The notes beneath the pieces are model-generated. The model did not search any database and was not told the origin of the DNA. It worked only from the letters and a program-made list of their open reading frames with translations. Source: Candidatus Altiarchaeota archaeon (lineage in GTDB: Archaea; Altiarchaeota; Altiarchaeia; IMC4; SCGC-AAA252-I15). From it: a stretch of 64,000 nucleotides of DNA. The stretch covers positions 60,813-124,812 of the forward strand of contig JAZDNF010000009.1 of assembly GCA_043800255.1 (NCBI GenBank), written 5' to 3'. Shown piece by piece: positions 1 through 9,721 of the stretch; positions within the stretch are counted from its first letter, which is position 1, and each line of letters opens with the position of its first letter. The position numbers and the translations under genes are program-made.

Positions 1-563
1 GCTGCGGTTAGGTCAGAGTCAGTATGGAGGAGAGCGAGAACCCTTCCCTGAGTCCCGACTGGGAGCCCTCCCATCCCATCAATCCTTTTGGAGTAGACGT
101 ATGCTGTATCGCCTGAGACGTCGATGCTGACAGTCACGTCAGGGTTTTCCAGGTCTACCTTGGCTTTGCAGTTCACCCGTATTATGTCGCCAACCTCCGA
201 CTCAATAGCTCTCCCGGATATGCTCCGGTCTCCCATCTTGTTGACTCGTACTGCGAACGTGTCGCCCTCTGAGAGCTCAGCCTTGGCCAGCCTCAGGGCA
301 GCATCATTCAACCCGCTGACCTCGGACTCCAGGGACGGGCTCGTTGATGTTACGCCAAAGGCCCTGGCAGCCCGCTCAGCCACCCTCCCAGGGTCATCGG
401 CCTTTATGTAAATCCTGTGCCTCTTCTGGTACAATCTCGCGTCCAAGCCCTCCTTCTCCAGGGAATGCTGTAGGTTCCCTGAGAGCTTGTCCATGAACCG
501 TCTCCTCACCGGATCGCTCTTCAAGAAAATCTCGCCATACCTTACGATAACGGTGTCGTACAT
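1..563 (-). CDS. thiI: ThiI-like THUMP-domain tRNA-modification protein (runs off the window start; not in the ORF track)
   Basis: Manual translation from ATG at 563: MYDTVIVRYGEIFLKS... and ...GGLPVGTQGRVLALL, both typical of ThiI. The PP-loop is degenerate (LLHTDSD instead of LLSGGIDS). Confidence 0.8.
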   Translation of the reverse strand, partial: MYDTVIVRYGEIFLKSDPVRRRFMDKLSGNLQHSLEKEGLDARLYQKRHRIYIKADDPGRVAERAARAFGVTSTSPSLESEVSGLNDAALRLAKAELSEGDTFAVRVNKMGDRSISGRAIESEVGDIIRVNCKAKVDLENPDVTVSIDVSGDTAYVYSKRIDGMGGLPVGTQGRVLALLHTDSDLTA

Positions 564-578
564 TCGAACTGAGAAGAA

Positions 579-938
579 TCAACCAGCATCCTTCGGCTTC
601 GAGTATCCTTTCAAGGCGCCTTCAAGCTCCTCGCGCATCTCCTTCGACTTCTCAGTCAGCTTGGCTTCCTGCTTCTCGATGAGTTTTATGCGCGCGTCGT
701 TCGTCTCCCTGGTCTCCTTGACGTCCTTCTGGCTCTCATCCTTGCGGGTCTCGATGAAAAGCGGGCCGGAAGCCTTGTAAACTTTGCCGACGCCCGGCTT
801 TTCCAGCTCGCTTGCGGCGTTCTCAAGCTCGTTGTTCTGCATTATGAGCTGCTGCTTCTGGTAGACTATCATCTGCAGCTGGTTCTGGATGTTCTGGAAC
901 TGCATCAGCCTGTCCTGCACCTGTTTTGGTAGGTCCAT
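579..938 (-). CDS. pfdB: Prefoldin beta subunit
   Basis: Coiled-coil arms around VYKASGPLFIE; position in the exosome superoperon. Confidence 0.93.
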   Translation of the reverse strand: MDLPKQVQDRLMQFQNIQNQLQMIVYQKQQLIMQNNELENAASELEKPGVGKVYKASGPLFIETRKDESQKDVKETRETNDARIKLIEKQEAKLTEKSKEMREELEGALKGYSKPKDAG

Positions 939-939
939 C

Positions 940-1170
940 TTATCTCACTATATCGCCCGCCATCATCACCCACCTGAGGTAGGTGTTAAGCGACGCCCTG
1001 AGGGCGTGTAGGTCGTCGGCTGTGATGTCCAACTGCAGGCCGTCGCCAAGCGGTGTTACTTTGACGGCCGACCGGCGCTGCATGTCGCTCCCAGCCTCCA
1101 ACGCCAGCGCGGACGCGATTATCTTCGCGTCCGAAGCCGGCATGCTAATCTTGATGTCAAGTTCGTTCAT
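940..1170 (-). CDS. pcc1: KEOPS complex subunit Pcc1 (start re-set to ATG 1170)
   Basis: ITADDLHALRASLNTYLRW motif; ATG 1170 overlaps the rpoP stop (ATGA). Confidence 0.88.
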   Translation of the reverse strand: MNELDIKISMPASDAKIIASALALEAGSDMQRRSAVKVTPLGDGLQLDITADDLHALRASLNTYLRWVMMAGDIVR

Positions 1171-1319
1171 CTGGCTATTATGGACTTCACGACGTTTGTC
1201 GGCCGCTTCTTGACCCAGATGTTCGACCTCTTCTCCTTGCACTTCGAGCACTTAAGCTTGTTTGACAATATCTTCGCGTAATCTTCCTCTGATCCGCATT
1301 CCATGCAAACGTAACTCAT
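1167..1319 (-). CDS. rpoP: RNA polymerase subunit P (Rpo12), 50 aa; below the ORF-track cutoff
   Basis: Manual translation MSYVCMECG...KCSKC...IWVKKRP (Zn ribbon); ATGA overlaps with both neighbours; canonical position after rpl37ae. Confidence 0.92.
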   Translation of the reverse strand: MSYVCMECGSEEDYAKILSNKLKCSKCKEKRSNIWVKKRPTNVVKSIIAR

Positions 1320-1561
1320 TCTGTCTCCTCCACTGATTTAGTCTCACGGGTTAAGAGGAACGCTCCGCCTGAGAACCTGTTCTTGCATGACCTGCACTCC
1401 CAGATTCCCTTCGACACCCTCTTGATCTTGATCTTCCCGCAGGAGGGGCATCTGACGTTCTTGGACTTCTCCTCTATCTTGAGGTTCTGGTCTCTGAGCT
1501 TCCTGCCCACCCGGATACCATACCTCCCCATGCTGCCTACCTTTTTCGTGTGGCTGTACAT
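1316..1561 (-). CDS. rpl37ae: 50S ribosomal protein L37ae (eL43)
   Basis: GRYG...CPSC...GIWECRSC...GGA motif. Confidence 0.95.
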   Translation of the reverse strand: MYSHTKKVGSMGRYGIRVGRKLRDQNLKIEEKSKNVRCPSCGKIKIKRVSKGIWECRSCKNRFSGGAFLLTRETKSVEETE

Positions 1562-1600
1562 TTTCTAGTCCTATAATTTAAGGAAAGGGTATTAAAAAAC

Positions 1601-2374
1601 CTAACCTTCGACCAGTTTCCTTATATCGGCTGCCTTTTCGAACGCCATATCGATGATGCTCTCTATTTCAGCCTCCGTGAACGAGCCGTCGCCCCCCTTC
1701 TGCATCGCGTTTATTGTGTCGCTGGTCGCAACGGTCAGCCTCGCATCTGTCGCATATTCCTCGTCCAGGTTAGGGTCGAAAAGCACCCTGCCAGCTATCT
1801 TAGAGGCTGTGACCGAGAGAGGCAGGCACGTCAGGTTCAGGTCCCTGTCAGGCTCTCTCACCACAATGCCGTCCTCGAATTTCGGGATTTTCGCATTGTA
1901 CAATGCCGTTACAGAAGCCATGTTCGCTGCATCAAACAGGTTCCCGTCGTTATCGAGAACGTGTATGTCCAAGTAGACGACCCAGACATTCTCATCGTCT
2001 ATCTTCAGCTTCTCGAAGTCTATCGCTCCAGACTCGCGGATGCCCCTGTCGACTACCCTCGCAAGCTCTATCGAATCCTCCCTCGGAGGACCGGTCTCGA
2101 AATTCGGATCCGCTAAGGGTCTGAGTTCGACACTGGTCGTAAGAACGCCCGAATCCGGCGAATCAGAGTACGGTTCCCCGGCATCGAAGCTGACTCCTGC
2201 AAGAACCTGCGTGTCGCCCAGTTTCACGAGGGCTGAGCCCTCAGCCTTAGACTCCACGTAGTCCTTTAATAGTTCTATCCGGCGGAACTCGTCCATAGCC
2301 CTGCCGTCGACCCTTTTTCCGTCCAGCACAATGTTGGTTATGTAATCCTTTTTAAGGTGTTTTTCGATGTTCAT
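1601..2374 (-). CDS. rrp42: Exosome subunit Rrp42
   Basis: RNase PH fold: [39 protein letters not shown]. Confidence 0.95.
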   Translation of the reverse strand: MNIEKHLKKDYITNIVLDGKRVDGRAMDEFRRIELLKDYVESKAEGSALVKLGDTQVLAGVSFDAGEPYSDSPDSGVLTTSVELRPLADPNFETGPPREDSIELARVVDRGIRESGAIDFEKLKIDDENVWVVYLDIHVLDNDGNLFDAANMASVTALYNAKIPKFEDGIVVREPDRDLNLTCLPLSVTASKIAGRVLFDPNLDEEYATDARLTVATSDTINAMQKGGDGSFTEAEIESIIDMAFEKAADIRKLVEG

Positions 2375-3102
2375 TCTTGCTCACCCTCGTTTTTCAGACT
2401 CTCGCACAGAGCCGCATTCTGCAGCTCGTTTATCTTCCTGCAGCCGTCCAGCGCCATGCCGAACGCCTTCTTGAACTCGTCCTTCGAAAGCTTCCCGTCC
2501 ATCTGAAGCAGGACTATCTCCCCCGTATGGGGGTTCAAGGCTACGGGGACGTCGCTTTCGCCGAAGTTGTCCTCCTCCTTAGCGAGGTCGACTACTATTT
2601 CACCGCCCACCTTGCCTGCAGCGCAGGACGCGATTATGCCCTTCATAGGGATTCCGGCATCCACCAGCGCGAGGGCTGCGGTCGTCAGGCCGGCGCATCT
2701 CGTGCCAGCGTCAGCTTGCAGTATCTCGATGAAGACGTCAACGACGGCGTTCGGAAAACGTTCCAAAAGCACGACGTTGTTCAACGCCTCAGTCGTTATC
2801 TTCGATATCTCAACGGACCTTCGGTCAGGCCCAGGCCGCTTCCTGTCGTCCACAGAGAACGGCGCCATGTTGTAGACGCACCTGACGATGCACTTCGTCG
2901 GGTCCTGCAGGAACTTAGGGTACAGGTAGCGGGGACCGTATACGGCAGCCAGCACCTTGTTGTTGCCCCATTCAACGTAGGCGGACCCGTTAGCCCTCTT
3001 CAGCACGCCCACCTTCATCTTAACATCCCTTAGCTCGTCAGGTTTCCTTCCGTCCAACCTGACTCCGTCCTTTATCAGGACAATGTCATGTTTCTTTGCC
3101 AT
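2371..3102 (-). CDS. rrp41: Exosome subunit Rrp41 (start probably MAKK at 3102)
   Basis: [32 protein letters not shown]. Confidence 0.95.
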   Translation of the reverse strand: MAKKHDIVLIKDGVRLDGRKPDELRDVKMKVGVLKRANGSAYVEWGNNKVLAAVYGPRYLYPKFLQDPTKCIVRCVYNMAPFSVDDRKRPGPDRRSVEISKITTEALNNVVLLERFPNAVVDVFIEILQADAGTRCAGLTTAALALVDAGIPMKGIIASCAAGKVGGEIVVDLAKEEDNFGESDVPVALNPHTGEIVLLQMDGKLSKDEFKKAFGMALDGCRKINELQNAALCESLKNEGEQE

Positions 3103-3106
3103 CTTA

Positions 3107-3748
3107 TTACCTCTCATCTAATAATCGTGATATTCTGTCTGTCAGGCCTGAACTCTGCGCCTCAGCCTCTATCTTCTTGACGACTGACGCAACGTATGCT
3201 GCATTCTCGCCCTTGATCCACACGTAGCCGTTCTGGCCGACAACCATCCTGGAATTTGTTTTTTCCCGTATCATGTTAAGCATCGACCTCTTCCTGCCTA
3301 TCACGCGGGGTATCCTCCTCGGGTTCACCTCGACTATGAGCCCGCCTTCAAGCTTGAAAGGGCCCTCGATCAGCGACTCGTGAACCTCGTTCACTGAGGT
3401 TATCTTCCCGCTCAGTATGTCACCAACGTTGTAGAATCTGGTAAGATCCTCCTCCAGCGGCCGTCTGGTCACAGCCTCCCCGAACATCGTGCACTGGTAG
3501 GGCGAATTCATGTCGATGGCCCACCTGCCGGTGAGAACGGTCTTCACCACGCCTATTATAACGTCGTTGACCTTCGGGACGTACGCCCCTGAGGAGGGCA
3601 TTATACTGACATTTTTTCCGTCAACCCGCGCTATCCCGAAGCGCGTCGAGTAGAACTTACCGGCCGCCCTGATGCAGTTGTCGTCGCATATGATATCGGT
3701 ACCCAGAAACTGTCCAGGCAGCACTATTTCCCTGTCGTTTATTTCCAT
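3107..3748 (-). CDS. rrp4: Exosome RNA-binding subunit Rrp4
   Basis: S1 plus KH domains ([28 protein letters not shown]). Confidence 0.93.
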   Translation of the reverse strand: MEINDREIVLPGQFLGTDIICDDNCIRAAGKFYSTRFGIARVDGKNVSIMPSSGAYVPKVNDVIIGVVKTVLTGRWAIDMNSPYQCTMFGEAVTRRPLEEDLTRFYNVGDILSGKITSVNEVHESLIEGPFKLEGGLIVEVNPRRIPRVIGRKRSMLNMIREKTNSRMVVGQNGYVWIKGENAAYVASVVKKIEAEAQSSGLTDRISRLLDER

Positions 3749-3751
3749 TTT

Positions 3752-4444
3752 TTATTTTAGGATTTTTATCTTAATCTCGCCGTGAGTCGCGTTGTTCAGC
3801 TTTTCGAACATTTCGTCCCTGATTCCCGCGGGAATCTCGATCTTACAGTACTGTTCGCCGCTGACCCACTGCTCCTGCCTGACCTCGCCGAACTCCTTTA
3901 GGACGTGATAGAGTTTGCCGGCATAGTTTGCAGGTATCTTTATCGCAACCTCGGTGGTCTCGAACTTTATCGGTATGATTGGCTTCAGCTCCTTCAATAT
4001 TTTTTCGATCTGCTCCTCCGCCGACTTCGCGGCGTCAACCTTTACCTTGGCCTCCTCCATCGCCTTCTCGATCCTCGAAGGCGGATGCGGGAGCTTGGTC
4101 TGCGGGTTTATCGAATTCCTCGCTATTATGTTGATTATCTTTTTCCTTCGCTCTTCGAGAATCCTTGCCTTCTGCTGAGTGGTCAGGTGCAGCTCCCCCT
4201 TCTTGAGGATCTTCGTGACTGCTGTGTTCAGCTGCGCGTCTCCGAAGACCTCCTTCATAACCTCCTCTGAGGCTTTCTCCCCGCTCGCAGCGTCCTTGAA
4301 TACGCTTTCCGCGGCCAGAATCTCGTCCAAGGGGATATTAACACCAGACCGGTATTCTAAAGCCTTGTCAGGATCGACAAAGATTTCAAACGTGTGACCG
4401 TGTGTTTTGAGCCTGGCGATGACCGCGTCATCCAGACTTGTCAT
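3752..4444 (-). CDS. sdo1: Ribosome maturation factor SBDS/Sdo1
   Basis: VIARLKTHGHTFEIFVDP, INPQTKLPHPPSRIE. Confidence 0.95.
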   Translation of the reverse strand: MTSLDDAVIARLKTHGHTFEIFVDPDKALEYRSGVNIPLDEILAAESVFKDAASGEKASEEVMKEVFGDAQLNTAVTKILKKGELHLTTQQKARILEERRKKIINIIARNSINPQTKLPHPPSRIEKAMEEAKVKVDAAKSAEEQIEKILKELKPIIPIKFETTEVAIKIPANYAGKLYHVLKEFGEVRQEQWVSGEQYCKIEIPAGIRDEMFEKLNNATHGEIKIKILK

Positions 4445-5213
4445 CTTCTACTTTTTCTGATTCTGATTTCTTTTTTCCCTTCCTTCTGCTCTCCAACTCG
4501 CTCTTCAAATCATCAAGTGATTTTCCGATCTCGTCTGCAGACACTCTTGTATATTTGTTCTTCGATTCTATGGATATCATGTCAATGTTCTCTTTCTTCA
4601 GCTTGCTCTCGCTTACCGCGTTCAATCCGAAGAGGGCGACCTCCAATGCCTGCTTCCTGCTCAGCCCGTCCTTGTATTTCTCCTCGAACACCTTCTCGAC
4701 GTCCCTCTTGCCCATGCCAATGGACGTTGCCTTGTACTCGGTGTAGGCGCCGCTCGGGTCTGACTCGAAAACGTGAGGCCTATTGTTGACTCCAGCTATC
4801 AAGAGCGCGGTTCCGAACGGCCTGGCGCCGCCGAACTGCGTATAAAGCTGCTTTATGTCACACAGTTCCCTCGTAAGCTGCGATACTGTGATAGGCTCAT
4901 TGTACGCGAGCCTGTGCCTCTGCGCCTTAATCCTGGCCTCCTCTATAAGCCTTCTGGCGTCCGCAACCAGTCCCGATGTGGCTATACCAATATGGTCGTC
5001 TATCTTGAATATCTTCTCGACGGAGCTAGGTATTATCAGTGATGTGGCGACGTTCTTGTCCACCGCCAGGAGCACGCCCCCCGCATAGGATATGCCAACA
5101 GCGGTGGTGCCTCTCTTGACAGCCTCCCTCGCGTATTCTACCTGGAATAGACGCCCATCAGGGCTGAAAACCGTTATAGCTCTATCATAAGCAGCCGGAC
5201 CTTGCGGATACAT
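4428..5213 (-). CDS. psmA: Proteasome alpha subunit
   Basis: YDRAITVFSPDGRLFQVEYAREAV signature. Confidence 0.97.
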   Translation of the reverse strand: MYPQGPAAYDRAITVFSPDGRLFQVEYAREAVKRGTTAVGISYAGGVLLAVDKNVATSLIIPSSVEKIFKIDDHIGIATSGLVADARRLIEEARIKAQRHRLAYNEPITVSQLTRELCDIKQLYTQFGGARPFGTALLIAGVNNRPHVFESDPSGAYTEYKATSIGMGKRDVEKVFEEKYKDGLSRKQALEVALFGLNAVSESKLKKENIDMISIESKNKYTRVSADEIGKSLDDLKSELESRRKGKKKSESEKVEDDKSG

Positions 5214-5260
5214 TTTATCACAAATACCTTAATATTTACACATTATAGCTTATATATACA

Positions 5261-5776
5261 TCATCCGTCCAGAATGCGTTTTCTGTAGATTGCAAACGCT
5301 TTTATGAATCCTGGGGCGAATTTTGAAGGTCGCTCCCTGATAAGCCGTATGATCTGTCCAGGTTCCATGAATTCAATGCTTTTTATCTCCTCCGGGTTGA
5401 AGGTGAACGGGCCGCTGTGCCGTGCGACATATAGCATGCTGTTCTCCCTGTCGGTTCTAGTGTACTTTCTGAACCATCCCACCTCCTCCAGATGTACTTC
5501 TGTCCCAGGCAGCTCCTCCTTAAGTTCCCTCTCCGCCGCCTCCCTGTAGGTTTCACCAGGCATGGGATGCCCTGAGACCGAGCAGCCGTAGAGGCCTGGT
5601 GATACGTCCTTCAGGTCGCTCCTCTCCGCCAGCAGTATCCTCCCCTCATTATCCACTATGAGGATGTGAGAGCATCTGTGGATTTTCCCATTGGTTGAGT
5701 GGCATTCTCCCCTGGTTGAGAAACCGACATGCCTGTCGTCTGCGTCAAATACTTCGAACACTTCATCTGATGGCAT
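5261..5776 (-). CDS. NUDIX hydrolase (YfcD/IDI-1-like)
   Basis: Nudix box GHPMPGETYREAAERELKEELPG. Confidence 0.85.
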   Translation of the reverse strand: MPSDEVFEVFDADDRHVGFSTRGECHSTNGKIHRCSHILIVDNEGRILLAERSDLKDVSPGLYGCSVSGHPMPGETYREAAERELKEELPGTEVHLEEVGWFRKYTRTDRENSMLYVARHSGPFTFNPEEIKSIEFMEPGQIIRLIRERPSKFAPGFIKAFAIYRKRILDG

Positions 5777-5794
5777 CTTCTGTCTGCAGAAACC

Positions 5795-6289
5795 CTAATC
5801 GAACAGCCTTCTGACGACGGCAACCCTCTCCCCCAGGGATTTGTGCCTTGTCTCCTCATCGCCTTTCGTGTAGCCTGAATACTCCAGTATCTCGGATACC
5901 TTGATGTCCACTAGGCTTGCAGCCTGCGTGAGGGATATTCCTGACGAGTACATCCTAGAGCCTACCTTAACCCTCGCCTTGTACACGAGGTTGCCGTGGA
6001 ATAGGCCGTGCTCCTCGTCAAACGACTCTATGGAGGATATGGCTCCAGCGAGGTCGCCCTTCTCCAGCTTCTCCCTGACATAGTATATCAAAGTGTCTAT
6101 TTTCTCAGAAAAGTGTACTTTGGACAGCACCTTGTTCAGGCAGTAGGATATTATCGCAAGATTTATGATGTCGTCAGACTGTTCGACGACTGCCTCCATG
6201 CTGTATCTCTTGGAAAGCTTCCTCAGTTCAAGGGCGTCCCTGGAGTCTATCGCCTTCTTCAGGCCTGTGATGTCAGTCTTATTTTCCAT
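5795..6289 (-). CDS. Hypothetical protein with C-terminal HTH-like segment
   Basis: Overlaps the upstream isomerase stop; GISLTQAASLVDI helix-turn-helix-like motif. Confidence 0.6.
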   Translation of the reverse strand: MENKTDITGLKKAIDSRDALELRKLSKRYSMEAVVEQSDDIINLAIISYCLNKVLSKVHFSEKIDTLIYYVREKLEKGDLAGAISSIESFDEEHGLFHGNLVYKARVKVGSRMYSSGISLTQAASLVDIKVSEILEYSGYTKGDEETRHKSLGERVAVVRRLFD

Positions 6290-7184
6290 GTTTGAGGCCC
6301 CAGCTGAATTTTTCAGTCAGGAGGTGGAAGGCCTCCTGCGGCGGCATTATGCCTTCCTCAGTTATTATGACGTCAACGTACTCTGACTGCGTGATGTCGA
6401 ACGCCGGGTTCCTTATCTTCACCTTCGGGATCCTGGTCACCTCGTCCGGGTCCCTCTCCTCTATCTTGACCATCTTGCCTATGATGCTCTCAGGCGAGAA
6501 TTTTATCGACTCGGCTGCGACAATCAATGGGATGTTCATCTTCTTCGCCGCCAATGCTATCTGCGCGGTCCCTATCTTGTTGACGATGTCGCCGTCAGAG
6601 TATATGGTGTCTGCTCCGACGATGACCTTGTCCACGTTCAATTCCTGCATCATATAGTAGACTGCGGAGTCTATTATGAGGGTTGTGGGGATGCCGTGCT
6701 TTGACAGCAGGCTCGCGGTGATATAACCCTGGTGTCTGGGCCTGGCTTCGGTGCACACCGCCTTTATCTTCTTGCCCTGGTCCCACGCTTTCATCAGGAT
6801 CTGGGCGACTGTGTCGCTCTGGCAGTGGGTGAGTATCGTCTCCCCTGGGTTTATTATGCTCGCGCCTATGGTCGCTATCCTCTCAAGAGACTCGTTCAGA
6901 CGCCTCAGGTAGTCTGCTATCTCCGCCGCCGTCTTCTGCCTGAAGTCTTCCTCGTCCCTGTTCTTATCGACTAGGTATAGCACATAGTTGACCGCGTTCG
7001 GCAGGCTTATGGCGGACGGCCTGGCTTTTTTGAGCTTGGAGCCAGCGCGTCTCATGTCAGCAGGGCTTCCGCCTTCCCTCATGACAGCTTCCAGAGCCTC
7101 TACAGCCGCTATCGCGATGTCTCTTGCGCCTCTGACCTTCATGCTCCTGATCTTCTCAGCGACAACGTCTACCTTCGCCTTCAC
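6279..7184 (-). CDS. Ribose-1,5-bisphosphate isomerase (eIF2B-like family)
   Basis: VRGARDIA, RPSAISLPNAVNY, THCQS, NKIGT, NPAFDIT; GTG start. Confidence 0.85.
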   Translation of the reverse strand: MKAKVDVVAEKIRSMKVRGARDIAIAAVEALEAVMREGGSPADMRRAGSKLKKARPSAISLPNAVNYVLYLVDKNRDEEDFRQKTAAEIADYLRRLNESLERIATIGASIINPGETILTHCQSDTVAQILMKAWDQGKKIKAVCTEARPRHQGYITASLLSKHGIPTTLIIDSAVYYMMQELNVDKVIVGADTIYSDGDIVNKIGTAQIALAAKKMNIPLIVAAESIKFSPESIIGKMVKIEERDPDEVTRIPKVKIRNPAFDITQSEYVDVIITEEGIMPPQEAFHLLTEKFSWGLKHGK

Positions 7185-7219
7185 ACTTAACTATGGTATT
7201 GTGTCATATATAACGGGGC

Positions 7220-8365
7220 ATGAAATCTGAACTGTCAAGCGTTGACATCTACGTTCTCACTCGAGAATTGGACCAGCAGCTTAGGGGCAGGAGGTTCGAC
7301 AAGTTCTACCAGATAGCTGAGAAGACGCTGAAGATAAGGCTGAGGCAGGTCAAACAGGACCTCATAATAGCGAAAAATTATCTGTGCCTGTCAGACTTCG
7401 ATAGGAAGTCGCCGGAGCGGCCGTCATCCTTTGCCATGCAGCTGAGGAAGCACCTCTCCGGCGGAATCATAGAATCAGTCAGCCAGCACAGCTTCGACAG
7501 GATTGTCATATTCTCCGTCAACGTGGGAGATAGAAGATACAGCCTCGTGGCCGAGCTCTTCTCTAAGGGCAACATCTTCCTGTTGGATTCAGAGTGGACT
7601 ATACTAGGGCTTCTGGAATGGCAGAAGTGGAGGGACAGAACGCTCGGCGTCGGAGTGAAATACAGTTTCCCACCAAGCCAGATGAACCCCTTCGAATCCG
7701 ATCCAGATGCTGTTGGCGTGGTGATTCTGAAATCTGACAAAAGGCTTGCCGCAACAATTGCAACAGAGTTGAACCTGGGAGGCTCCTATGCTGAGGAGAT
7801 GTGCATCCTCTCCGGCGTTGACAAGAACAGGACGGCGTCAGATTTGACCAAGTACGAGGGTGAGAGCATCCTCAAAGCATTGGGCGAGTTCTCGAAGACA
7901 GTCAAAGAGGCCGGGAACCCGGTTATAGTATTAGACGGGGGTGAGCCGGCTGACATCTCACCCATGATGCTGAAAAAGTTCGAACGCCTTGAGGTGAGAA
8001 AAACAGAAACATTTAACCAGGCTGTTGATGAATTGTTCAGCCCCAGGGATATGATGCAATCACAGTCTGCAGCAGAATCAGAGGCAACCGAGAAGGAGGA
8101 GAAGCTGGCGAGGATCAGAAGCGAGCAGGAGTCAGCCATAAAAAAACTGGAGGAGAAGGCCAGAGTGTCAAAAAATCGGGGAGACCTAATCTACCAGAGC
8201 CTGAACGAGATACAAACAGTAGTCGACCAGATAAGAAAAGCCAGAGACGCAGGCCTCTCAGACAAGGACATAATGGAAAAATTCGAACAAGGAAAAAAGA
8301 AAGACATAATCGAGGCCAAACTCGTGAAAAGCCTCAAAAAAGACAAACTCGTCCTAGACCTGTAG
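7220..8365 (+). CDS. rqc2: NFACT/Rqc2 (ribosome quality control) N-terminal half only, 381 aa
   Basis: PSSFAMQLRKHL, FDRIV, ELFSKGNIFLLD, LNLGGSYAEE, ETFNQAVDELF; the ORF ends after the first coiled coil. Confidence 0.8.
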   Translation: MKSELSSVDIYVLTRELDQQLRGRRFDKFYQIAEKTLKIRLRQVKQDLIIAKNYLCLSDFDRKSPERPSSFAMQLRKHLSGGIIESVSQHSFDRIVIFSVNVGDRRYSLVAELFSKGNIFLLDSEWTILGLLEWQKWRDRTLGVGVKYSFPPSQMNPFESDPDAVGVVILKSDKRLAATIATELNLGGSYAEEMCILSGVDKNRTASDLTKYEGESILKALGEFSKTVKEAGNPVIVLDGGEPADISPMMLKKFERLEVRKTETFNQAVDELFSPRDMMQSQSAAESEATEKEEKLARIRSEQESAIKKLEEKARVSKNRGDLIYQSLNEIQTVVDQIRKARDAGLSDKDIMEKFEQGKKKDIIEAKLVKSLKKDKLVLDL

Positions 8366-8366
8366 C

Positions 8367-8423
8367 TCACTTCTTCTCCCACTGTCGGAGTTTCCCGACG
8401 AGAAAGAGGCGGCATTCCGCCTT
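8367..8423 (-). repeat. Degenerate copy of the last ~18 codons of the hps-rraA gene, overlapping two short stem-loops
   Basis: Reads K-----L--V--L--WEKK* in register with the true gene end; the last 17 nt match at 15 positions; hairpins at 8384-8399 and 8407-8422. Confidence 0.45.
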
Positions 8424-8445
8424 CGGCTCCAGCCACCTTGACGCA

Positions 8446-9720
8446 TTACTTTTTCTCCCACTTAAGGAGGTGTGTGACTTTGCTCAGGGTTGAGCCTTCC
8501 TTGATCTCCTTCCGGATTCGATTTTCTTTTTCCAAAATGTCCATCGCCCTGTTCGCTGTTTCAACAGCCTTTTCCTTGGGGATGACTACCACGCCATCCG
8601 AGTCGCCTATAATCCAGTCGCCTGGTTTCACTGGGACGCCTGAGACCATGATGGGAACGTCAATCTCCCCCAAACCTCTGGGCTCGCCGGCTGTCGGAAT
8701 CATCAACCTAGCGTAAACTGGGAGGCCGAGCTTCTGGATTTCCTCCGTGTCACGGCAGGCGCCGTCTATCACAACACCTGACAGCTTCTTCTGGACTGCG
8801 GACTGCGATGCCAGTTCGCCCCACACTGCCGGGCCGACTCCGCCTGCGTCTATGACGATGACATCGCCCTTCTTCGCAACATCTATGGCCTCAACAGTCT
8901 TCGCCCAGTCGCCGGGATACACTCTGACCGTGACAGCCTCGCCGACCATCTTCCCCTCGGATAGGGGGTAAATCCCTTTCAGCTCGCCGGACCTGTGCAT
9001 CGCATCGGATATGTTGGCTGCGGAGACCTTCAGTAGTATTGACCTCACGTCCGTCGACCTTTTGAAGAGCGCGGTCTTCACCCCTCTCTTGGACAGCATC
9101 GCCCTCCTGATGGTTGAAGCAGCCTTCCCAGGGTCCTCTGCTTTGGTGATTGCTCCGCCGACTATTACAATAGAGGCGCCTGACTTTACGACGTCGACCA
9201 CTGTCTCAGAGTTTATGCCGCCGGCGGCTGCTATCTGAACTTGAATCTCCTTCGCAACCTGTCGGACTCTCTCAGCAGCGTCGATGCCGAGCATCTGCTC
9301 GTCTATCGGCGTGTGGACTCCAACGTAGTCTGGATTGAATTTTGCGACCTCCTCCGCCCTTCTGACGTAATCCCTCACGCCTATCAGGTCGACTATGATC
9401 TCGGCGCCGAAGTGCCTGCCGGCGTCTATCGACTCTTTTATTGTCTGGTCTGAGGCGGCGGCGCACACGTTCACTATGTCGGCGCCTGCCTTCGCTGCCG
9501 ACTCCACCTCAACCCGGCCGGCGTCCATGATCTTCATGTCAGCGACGATAGTGTGCTTCGGGAATCTCTCCCTCAGCGCTCTGACGACGTCAAGGCCTTC
9601 AGCCTTTATCAGCGGCGTTCCAGCCTCGATTATGTCAACGTGTTTCGCAGCCTTCTCTGCCACCTTCAATGCCCGGTCAAGGTCGACAAAATCCAGAGCA
9701 AGCTGTAGGCGCGGTTTCAT
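8446..9720 (-). CDS. hxlA: 3-hexulose-6-phosphate synthase fused to an RraA/HMG-aldolase-like domain
   Basis: LQLALD, IIEAGTPLIK, ADMKIMDAG, then NISDAMHR, AVWGEL, IIGDSDGVVVIP. Confidence 0.9.
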   Translation of the reverse strand: MKPRLQLALDFVDLDRALKVAEKAAKHVDIIEAGTPLIKAEGLDVVRALRERFPKHTIVADMKIMDAGRVEVESAAKAGADIVNVCAAASDQTIKESIDAGRHFGAEIIVDLIGVRDYVRRAEEVAKFNPDYVGVHTPIDEQMLGIDAAERVRQVAKEIQVQIAAAGGINSETVVDVVKSGASIVIVGGAITKAEDPGKAASTIRRAMLSKRGVKTALFKRSTDVRSILLKVSAANISDAMHRSGELKGIYPLSEGKMVGEAVTVRVYPGDWAKTVEAIDVAKKGDVIVIDAGGVGPAVWGELASQSAVQKKLSGVVIDGACRDTEEIQKLGLPVYARLMIPTAGEPRGLGEIDVPIMVSGVPVKPGDWIIGDSDGVVVIPKEKAVETANRAMDILEKENRIRKEIKEGSTLSKVTHLLKWEKK

Positions 9721-9721
9721 C

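Noticed and set aside
6279-7184. eIF2B subunit or methylthioribose-1-phosphate isomerase
   Set aside because: RPSAISLPNA and THCQS fit ribose-1,5-bisphosphate isomerase better; ordinary gene
8446-9720. HPS-RraA fusion as a novelty
   Set aside because: It is an already known bifunctional architecture in archaea
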